5,163 nt of DNA from Candidatus Iainarchaeum sp. Lineage in GTDB: Archaea > Iainarchaeota > Iainarchaeia > Iainarchaeales > DTGL01. The DNA lies in the NCBI GenBank assembly GCA_038736825.1, contig JAVYME010000049.1:1-5163 (forward strand), read 5' to 3'. The notes under the pieces were generated by a model that saw nothing but the letters and a program-made list of their open reading frames with translations, was not told the origin of the DNA and searched no databases. Below, in pieces: positions 1-5,163 of the stretch. The position numbers and the translations under genes are program-made. Each line of letters starts with the position of its first letter. Within the stretch, counting starts at the first letter, position 1.

Positions 1-2
1 CC

Positions 3-1028
3 TTAATTGAAAGGGAAATAGAAAAAGTGCTTCCCAGAAAAGCCACAATGGAATGGCTTGAAAGAGCACTAGGCAAAGCCGATTACTCTTACGACCTTGA
101 AACAATTTCAAGAGAATTCAATAAACCAGTGTGGGAATTCCTTGACAGGGGCGGCAAGAGATGGAGGCCGGCTTTAATGATTTCAGCATGCAAGGCGGTT
201 GGGGGAAAAGAAGAGGAAGCGCTCTGCTTTGCTCCACTGGTTGAATTAATCCATGAAGGCACAATAATTGTGGATGACATTGAAGACAATGCAAGTGTGC
301 GGCGCGGCAAAAAGGCATTGCATCTCTTGGTGGGAATTGACACTGCAATAAACAATGGAAACGCCCTCTATTTCCTTCCATTAATGCTGGTTTACAGGAA
401 TGCAAGAGGGCTTTCCATGGAAAAAAGGCTTAAAATTTTTGAAATTTACGGGGAAGAAATGCTGCGCTTGAGCATGGGACAAGCAATGGATATTCACTGG
501 CACAAAGGCAAAAAAAAGAATGTAAGGGAAAAAGATTACCTGCAAATGTGCGCTTACAAAACCGGCGTTCTTGCAAGGCTTTCAGCAAAAATCGGCGGTA
601 TTTTGGGCAACAGCTCTGAAGAAATTGTTGAAGCGCTTGGAAGGTTTGGGGAATCAATTGGGGTTGGATTCCAAATACAGGATGATATTTTGAACATTGC
701 TCCCGCAAGCAAAAAATGGGGAAAAGAAATAGGAGAGGACATTTCAGAGGGAAAAAGAACCCTTTTGGTATTGCACGCACTAAAAAAACTTGAAAAAAAG
801 GAAGCAAGAGAGCTGACTGGAATACTTGACAAGCATTCAAAAAACAAAAAGGAAATAATGAGGGCTATTGAGTTAATCAAAAAAGCCGGTTCAATAGAAT
901 ATGCAGGGGAAAAAGCAAAACAAATCGTAATGGAAAGCTGGAAAAAGCTTGACAGTTTACTGCCTGAAAGCGAGGGCAAGCTTGAATTAAAAGGATTCGC
1001 AGAATTCATGATTTCAAGAAAAATTTGA
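3..1028 (+). CDS. trans-polyprenyl diphosphate synthase, geranylgeranyl-diphosphate-synthase-like (type-III-like motif pattern). The 5' end is uncertain: the frame is open to the window edge, and in-window start candidates are GTG 27 and ATG 48.
   Basis: First aspartate-rich motif DDIED at nt 273-287, in context IIVDDIEDNASVRRGK. Second aspartate-rich motif DDILN at nt 681-695, in context GFQIQDDILN. Also GGKRWRP substrate-binding motif, GQAMDIHW, KTG and EGKRTLL. Stop TGA at 1026-1028. No in-frame stop between nt 3 and 27, and the upstream residues (LIEREIEKVLPRK) resemble the usual N-terminal helix of this family, so the true start may lie outside the window. Confidence 0.9.
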   Translation, partial: LIEREIEKVLPRKATMEWLERALGKADYSYDLETISREFNKPVWEFLDRGGKRWRPALMISACKAVGGKEEEALCFAPLVELIHEGTIIVDDIEDNASVRRGKKALHLLVGIDTAINNGNALYFLPLMLVYRNARGLSMEKRLKIFEIYGEEMLRLSMGQAMDIHWHKGKKKNVREKDYLQMCAYKTGVLARLSAKIGGILGNSSEEIVEALGRFGESIGVGFQIQDDILNIAPASKKWGKEIGEDISEGKRTLLVLHALKKLEKKEARELTGILDKHSKNKKEIMRAIELIKKAGSIEYAGEKAKQIVMESWKKLDSLLPESEGKLELKGFAEFMISRKI

Positions 1029-1067
1029 AGGAATCAGATTAATGCTGCAAGAACGCCTTTCAGGCTT

Positions 1068-1808
1068 TCAAGAAGGGCATTTTTCTCCAAGGGTTTTCGC
1101 AAACTCTTCGGCTTTTATTTTATTAAAACAAGTGCCTGAATAATAACCCTTCTTATTCCAGTTCCAGTCCTGCAGACAGCACTCTCTCACCAAGCAAAAC
1201 TCTTGGCCTATGAAATCACAAATTTTTTCATCATGCTTTGATACTGCCTGCCAATAATAACAATGGGCTTTTACTTCATTGCTTGCAGAAAGCGAATTGC
1301 ACTCTTGAGGGAAAGCAAAACTCATAAAAGAAACAATTTCACATCTTTTATTCCTGCATTGAGGAATAGAAGAGAAAAATGCGTGAGGCAAGGCTTGTTG
1401 TTCTAACTCATAATAATAACAAAGAGTGCACGGGCGCGAACAACCACTTGCAATGTCAATTTTGTTTTTTGAATAATGCCCGTTAATGCAATCAGAAGCC
1501 ACATTGCACTCCCTCCCAGAAGTTTCATTATAATAATCGATAAGTGATACAAGCAAAAAACTGGCTCCTGAAGCAATGAATATGTAGGCTGCAAAAACCG
1601 CAATTATCAAAACCAGGGTTTTGTTTTTTTTCAAAAACAAGAAAGCAATTAAAGCGAAAGGCAGTGCAAGGCAAAACAAAAACCAAGACAAAAACTCAAA
1701 ACAAAAAAACAAGAGCAGGTCATAGTCAAACGGCAAGAGAGACCCGTACAAAGGAGAGAAAAGTGAAACAATGGTTGCGGGGATTACCAAAAGATGGTTT
1801 TCAAACAA
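1068..1808 (-). CDS. hypothetical membrane protein: about 3 N-terminal TM helices plus a ~155-aa cysteine/aromatic-rich C-terminal domain (15 Cys); no recognisable family
   Basis: 741-nt open frame. Strongly hydrophobic N-terminal 90 aa. The C-terminal domain has 15 Cys and YYY/YYW/WNW aromatic clusters. The only start-like codon is TTG at 1808, there is no ATG until residue 162, and no SD-like motif lies upstream. The same frame stays open upstream to nt 1994 without any start codon, so the N-terminus is uncertain (see findings). Confidence 0.6.
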   Translation of the reverse strand: MFENHLLVIPATIVSLFSPLYGSLLPFDYDLLLFFCFEFLSWFLFCLALPFALIAFLFLKKNKTLVLIIAVFAAYIFIASGASFLLVSLIDYYNETSGRECNVASDCINGHYSKNKIDIASGCSRPCTLCYYYELEQQALPHAFFSSIPQCRNKRCEIVSFMSFAFPQECNSLSASNEVKAHCYYWQAVSKHDEKICDFIGQEFCLVRECCLQDWNWNKKGYYSGTCFNKIKAEEFAKTLGEKCPS

Positions 1809-2146
1809 CAGGCAAACCAGTAAAATAAAAAAAGGACAGCACTGCCAAAAACAGAAAGCACTGTCAAGGGAATTCTTTCCAGTTTGGTTTTCTTTATGGA
1901 AAGAAACCCCAAAAATAAGTAAGGCAACACCAAAAAAAAGAAGGAAAACATGGTTATTGTGAATAAAAATTGGGAAGTGCCCAAAACAAGGGGTTCAACA
2001 AAAAACCTTAAAGGCAGCTTTTCATTGCAAACAGAAACCGATAAAAAGGAAATTCCAAAAAAAGCAATGCCGAAAACTATTGCCAGTAAAACCCTTTCCT
2101 TGCTCGGTTTTAGAAAGGCTTTGGCGAGTTCGACAAGTTTTTGCAT
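1784..2146 (-). CDS. hypothetical small integral membrane protein (about 3 TM helices); possibly the N-terminal part of the downstream ORF
   Basis: ATG at 2146 lies ~24 nt downstream of a BRE/TATA-like element, which is leaderless geometry. Three hydrophobic segments at about aa 19-39, 58-84 and 92-115. It shares the motif LP[YF]x[FL][LI][GA]FLx[IL]KKxK with the downstream ORF. Stop TAA at 1784-1786 overlaps ORF 1068-1808 by 25 nt. Confidence 0.55.
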   Translation of the reverse strand: MQKLVELAKAFLKPSKERVLLAIVFGIAFFGISFLSVSVCNEKLPLRFFVEPLVLGTSQFLFTITMFSFFFLVLPYLFLGFLSIKKTKLERIPLTVLSVFGSAVLFLFYWFACCLKTIFW

Positions 2147-2170
2147 GTTAGAGAATTGAGTTTGTTTCTC

Positions 2171-2186
2171 ATATATAAGCTTTTGG
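2171..2186 (-). promoter_or_regulatory. putative archaeal BRE + TATA box driving a leaderless or near-leaderless transcript for the 2146 ORF
   Basis: The minus strand reads CAAAAGC-TTATATAT. The TATA element is 2171-2178, preceded by a purine-rich BRE-like stretch at 2179-2185. The TATA centre is ~27-28 nt upstream of ATG 2146, matching the typical archaeal TATA-to-TSS spacing of ~26 nt, so the TSS would fall within a few nt of the ATG. It sits in the 51-nt spacer after the pus10 stop. Confidence 0.45.
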
Positions 2187-2197
2187 TTGAGCTTATT

Positions 2198-3229
2198 TCA
2201 AAACGGTTTTTCTTGTTCAATTATTTCCAGTACGTCCAGTTCTTTGCAAGAGCACTTGTTTTCAAGCAAAGAGGAAAGGCTTGGATTGGTGCGGTTTTCA
2301 TCTCCTGAAATGAATTCTTTCACGTAAAGCCCTGATTCTGCAATTAACCGGATTTTGAAAGAGTTTTTTGAAACCACTTCAACTTCCTTGATTTCAGTGG
2401 TTTTTTTTCTTTCAAGGTCTGCTCTTCTCTTTGAAACCCTTAACGGGGTTCTTTGCAGTATTTCAAGGAATTGCCCTGAAAGCGCTTGGATTTTTTCAAG
2501 GTTGAAGGGTTGCTCGCAAAAAACAAGCGCTTCATACAATTTTTTGAACTTGGCTTCCTTTAATCGTGCCACTTCTTCTTTTTTGCAGAATTCAAGGCAG
2601 TCAATTTCAATTTTTTTGGCTTCTTCTCTGTTTACTGCATCTTTAAGGCGTTTTAGCCCGCAATTTCTCTTTTTGGGTTCTAATAATTCTATTACAAACT
2701 TTCTGCCATTGCCTAACATTCTTACATCTTTGTCCTCGCGCCCGGCTCCATGGAATTTAAGGGAAGCAGCTTGAAACAATGGCAGGGCGTGCTTTTCTAT
2801 CAAGGATTGAACTGATTCTTTGGTTAGAATGCCGGTTTTGTTGCAAAAACTGCAGCCTTTTCCCTTGCACTTGAAACAATAATGCTTTGTTTGAGTGATT
2901 TCGCGAGAGAATTTTTTATAGCGTCCTGAAATAAAAACCGGGCGCGGCCTGAAGAAAGCAATGTCTTGGTTGAAGTTGACTATTATTTCCATTTCTGGTT
3001 CCAAAAAATCTGCTTTTGCGTTCAGGGTTTTTTCCATTTCTCTTACAAGCGCTGGCTGGAATTCTTTTTTCAATAAAAGCTTTGCTTCTTCGCTTAGCGA
3101 GTCTTGAAAGGTGCAACCCAGCAGGAAGGTTGAGAACTCGAATTCTTTTAATGCTCTGGCAGTGCTTTCCGTGATAAGGTTTACTGTTTCATTGTTGAAA
3201 CCAGTGAACTTGTATTTTGCGTAAAGCAT
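2198..3229 (-). CDS. pus10: tRNA pseudouridine(54/55) synthase Pus10, short form (343 aa)
   Basis: Pus10 catalytic motif GREDKDVRMLGNGRKFVIEL (core at nt 2711-2743). Downstream conserved blocks RTPLRVSKRRADLERKK and ESGLYVKEFISGDENRTNPSLS. Cys cluster CFKCKGKGCSFC at nt 2843-2878, between the THUMP-like N-terminal region and the catalytic domain. ATG at 3229, TGA at 2198-2200. Confidence 0.88.
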   Translation of the reverse strand: MLYAKYKFTGFNNETVNLITESTARALKEFEFSTFLLGCTFQDSLSEEAKLLLKKEFQPALVREMEKTLNAKADFLEPEMEIIVNFNQDIAFFRPRPVFISGRYKKFSREITQTKHYCFKCKGKGCSFCNKTGILTKESVQSLIEKHALPLFQAASLKFHGAGREDKDVRMLGNGRKFVIELLEPKKRNCGLKRLKDAVNREEAKKIEIDCLEFCKKEEVARLKEAKFKKLYEALVFCEQPFNLEKIQALSGQFLEILQRTPLRVSKRRADLERKKTTEIKEVEVVSKNSFKIRLIAESGLYVKEFISGDENRTNPSLSSLLENKCSCKELDVLEIIEQEKPF

Positions 3230-3261
3230 GGAATAAAACCTGACAAAATGGTTTGACAGAT

Positions 3262-5163
3262 TTAAGCGGTTGAACTGAATGGTTTTTGTTTTTCTGTGAG
3301 TGCAGCTTGTGCTGCTGCAAGCCTTGCAATTGGCACTCTGAACGGAGAGCAGCTCACATAGTCTATTCCGGCTTCATGGCAAAAGGCAATGGATTTTGGG
3401 TCTCCGCCGTGCTCGCCGCAAATTCCAACACTTAATTTTTTGTTGGTTTTTCTGCCGTCACTTACTGCCATTTTTATTAGTTTTCCAACTCCTTCTGAAT
3501 CCAAAACCATGAAGGGGTTTTCTTGGATTACGCCTTGGTCCACATAGTGTTCCAAGAACAGGACTTCAGCGTCATCCCTTGAAATTCCCAGTGTTGTCTG
3601 GGTTAAATCGTTGGTGCCAAAAGAGAAAAAGCTGACATGCTTTGCTATTTGGTTGGCAACAAGGCAGGCTCGAGGCAATTCTATCATTGTGCCAATCTTG
3701 AATGGAATCTTTTTGTTCTCTTTTTCCATTACCCTTTCAGCAGTGTCTGAAACCAAAACACTCAATTGCCCTATTTCTGATTCGTGTCCTACAAGTGGAA
3801 TCATTATGTGGGGCAAAACCTTGCAGCCTTGTTTTTGGGCTTCACAGGCTGCTTCAAAAACGGCTTGCACTTGCATTTCGTATATTTCTGGATAGAGAAT
3901 GCCTAACCTGCAACCCCTAAAGCCAAGCATGGGGTTTTTTTCGCTTAAATCGCTTGCTTTTTTGTACAATTTTTTCAATTCTTCCAGTTTTGAGCCCTTT
4001 CTGCCAAGGGTTTCAAGCTCGCAAATGTTTTTTGCAAGTTCAAGCCTGTCTGGCAGGAATTCGTGCAATGGCGGGTCTAAAAGCCTTATTACAACCGGCA
4101 AGCCATTCATTGCCTTGAAAATTTGTAAAAAATCAGAGCGCTGCATTGGCAAGAGTTTTGCTAGGGCTTGCTTTCGCTCTTTGTCAGAGGAGGCCATTAT
4201 CATTTTTCTCACAACTGGCAGTCTTTCTTGTTGCATGAACATGTGTTCTGTCCTGCAAAGCCCTATTCCCTCTGCTCCAAAATCCCTTGCTCTTTTTGCA
4301 TCCTCTGGAGTGTCAGCGTTTGCTCTTACTCCTAGAACGCGAATTCTGTCAGCCCAGCGCAAAATGGTTCGCATGCTTTTGCTCATTTCTGGGTCTATGA
4401 GGTCGGCTTTTCCAAGCATTACTTCGCCAGTCATGCCGTCAATTGTAATGAAATCCCCTTCTTTCACTTTGTGGGTGCCAACTGTGAAGGTTTTTCCCTG
4501 CAAGTCTATTTTTATTTTTTCACAGCCTGAAACACAAGGCTTGCCCATTCCTCTTGCAACCACTGCTGCATGGCTTGTGAGGCCGCCGCGAGTGGTGAGA
4601 ACGCCTTCTGAGGCGACAACGCCGTGAATGTCTTCAGGAGTGGTTTCCGGTCTAACCAAAAGGATTTTCAAGCCGTCTTTTGCCAGGATTTCCGCGCGAT
4701 CTGCTGAAAAAACCACTTGCCCGAAGGCTGCTCCAGGCGATGCTGGCAAGCCTTTTGCAATAACCTCTGGCTTGTTTTTTGGGTTTATGCGCTTGTGCAA
4801 TAGCATGTCCAGGTGTTCTGGTTCAATGCGCATGATTGCCTCGCGCTTGGAGAGAATTCCTTCTTTGTGCATGTCCACTGCAATTCTTACAGCGGCTTCT
4901 GCTGTGCGCTTTCCGTTTCTTGTCTGTAACACCCACAATTTTCCCTTTTCAAAGGTGAACTCGAAATCCTGCATGTCTGCATAATGGATTTCAAGTTTTT
5001 TTGCAATTTTTGCAATTTGAGAGTAGATGTGTGGAAGTTCTTTTTTCATTTCATTCAATTGCTTTGGAGTGCGAGTGCCTGCAACAACATCCTCTCCTTG
5101 AGCGTTCAAAAGGTATTCTCCGTACAGTTTTTTTTCACCGGTTGAAGGGTTTCTGGTGAAACC
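3262..5163 (-). CDS. ppdK: pyruvate, phosphate dikinase (PPDK), C-terminal ~634 codons; the N-terminus lies beyond the right window edge
   Basis: The frame is open to nt 5163. Translating 5163 to 5110 gives GFTRNPSTGEKKLYGEYLL, which continues into NAQGEDVVAGTRTP, the PPDK signature. Phospho-histidine swivel motif TTRGGLTSHAAVVARGMGKPCVSG (His codon 4570-4572). PEP/pyruvate-domain motifs GLCRTEHMF, FSFGTNDLTQ, CGEHGGDP and CSPFRVPIARLAAAQA. Stop TAA at 3262-3264. Confidence 0.95.
   Translation of the reverse strand, partial: GFTRNPSTGEKKLYGEYLLNAQGEDVVAGTRTPKQLNEMKKELPHIYSQIAKIAKKLEIHYADMQDFEFTFEKGKLWVLQTRNGKRTAEAAVRIAVDMHKEGILSKREAIMRIEPEHLDMLLHKRINPKNKPEVIAKGLPASPGAAFGQVVFSADRAEILAKDGLKILLVRPETTPEDIHGVVASEGVLTTRGGLTSHAAVVARGMGKPCVSGCEKIKIDLQGKTFTVGTHKVKEGDFITIDGMTGEVMLGKADLIDPEMSKSMRTILRWADRIRVLGVRANADTPEDAKRARDFGAEGIGLCRTEHMFMQQERLPVVRKMIMASSDKERKQALAKLLPMQRSDFLQIFKAMNGLPVVIRLLDPPLHEFLPDRLELAKNICELETLGRKGSKLEELKKLYKKASDLSEKNPMLGFRGCRLGILYPEIYEMQVQAVFEAACEAQKQGCKVLPHIMIPLVGHESEIGQLSVLVSDTAERVMEKENKKIPFKIGTMIELPRACLVANQIAKHVSFFSFGTNDLTQTTLGISRDDAEVLFLEHYVDQGVIQENPFMVLDSEGVGKLIKMAVSDGRKTNKKLSVGICGEHGGDPKSIAFCHEAGIDYVSCSPFRVPIARLAAAQAALTEKQKPFSSTA

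Noticed and set aside
89-1009. Minus-strand ORFs (89-355, 118-405, 430-840, 554-1009) opposite the prenyl synthase gene
   Set aside because: They are shadow ORFs with low-complexity translations. The + frame contains both Asp-rich motifs and the other prenyltransferase signatures.
1029-1067. 39-nt convergent intergenic spacer with a small hairpin (GCCT-ttc-AGGC, 1055-1065) followed by TTT; possible bidirectional terminator
   Set aside because: The stem is only 4 bp and the T tract is short. Archaeal termination usually relies on oligo-T runs, and the nearest T5 runs on either strand lie inside the opposing coding regions. This is not enough to call a terminator.
1771-2159. Two lysine-rich + strand ORFs (1771-1962, 63 aa; 1950-2159, 69 aa) that could be read as small basic proteins
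   Set aside because: They lie antisense to the Phe/Leu-rich membrane ORFs. TTT/CTT codons on the minus strand read as AAA/AAG (Lys) on the plus strand, so the composition is a mirror artefact. They have no promoter or RBS support and the sequence is low complexity.
2355-2774. 139-aa + strand ORF and 66-aa minus-strand ORF (2916-3116) inside pus10
   Set aside because: They are antisense or out-of-frame overlaps of a confidently identified Pus10 gene and have no motifs of their own.
3260-3271. TTAAAT (minus strand, 3265-3260) overlapping the ppdK stop codon, ~30 nt upstream of the pus10 ATG; possible TATA box
   Set aside because: It is a weak match to the archaeal TATA consensus with no purine-rich BRE upstream (AACCGC). 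I cannot distinguish an independent pus10 promoter from read-through transcription from ppdK.
3611-4984. Long + strand ORFs (3611-3895, 3702-3920, 3899-4627 at 242 aa, 4628-4984) opposite ppdK
   Set aside because: The minus-strand frame carries unmistakable PPDK motifs along its whole length. The antisense ORFs are Ser/Leu/Phe-rich with no recognisable motifs, typical of shadow ORFs.
5001-5018. Perfect 9-nt tandem duplication TTGCAATTT x2 inside ppdK
   Set aside because: It is in frame and encodes IAK-IAK within the N-terminal domain. A single two-copy micro-duplication in AT-rich coding sequence is most likely a trivial slippage event with no regulatory context.
1-5163. Looked for CRISPR repeats, tRNA/rRNA/ncRNA-like GC-rich structured segments, transposase/integrase genes, terminal inverted repeats, toxin-antitoxin pairs and defence-system hallmarks (nucleases, ATPases, methyltransferases)
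   Set aside because: None found. Coding density is very high, all spacers are 51 nt or shorter, and three of the five ORFs are clear housekeeping genes. The prompt's suggestion of a novel multi-gene system is not supported by this sequence beyond the orphan membrane/Cys-rich ORF pair.

Overview
This is a compact, low-GC (roughly 40%) segment that looks archaeal. It carries Pus10, which is found only in archaea and eukaryotes, and an archaeal-type BRE/TATA element at leaderless distance. Intergenic spacers are only 32-51 nt. There are five coding regions. (1) On the + strand, a trans-polyprenyl diphosphate synthase (GGPP-synthase-like) whose frame is still open at the left window edge. (2, 3) On the - strand, two overlapping ORFs with no recognisable family: a 120-aa 3-TM protein, then a 246-aa protein with 3 TM helices and a C-terminal domain carrying 15 cysteines. 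(4) tRNA pseudouridine synthase Pus10. (5) Pyruvate, phosphate dikinase (PPDK), whose N-terminus runs off the right window edge. I saw no rRNA, tRNA, CRISPR array, transposase/integrase, inverted-repeat termini or recognisable defence, toxin or secretion genes. Most of the window is ordinary housekeeping sequence and I do not claim a novel multi-gene system. The only unexplained part is the 1068-2146 membrane/Cys-rich ORF pair. The downstream ORF has no ATG and no Shine-Dalgarno-like motif. The two ORFs overlap by 25 nt around a U_UUU_UUA heptamer and share an internally duplicated TM-loop motif, so they may be one ~359-aa protein made by a -1 frameshift, or one gene split by a homopolymer indel. 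All family assignments come from motif recognition by eye; no database search was possible.
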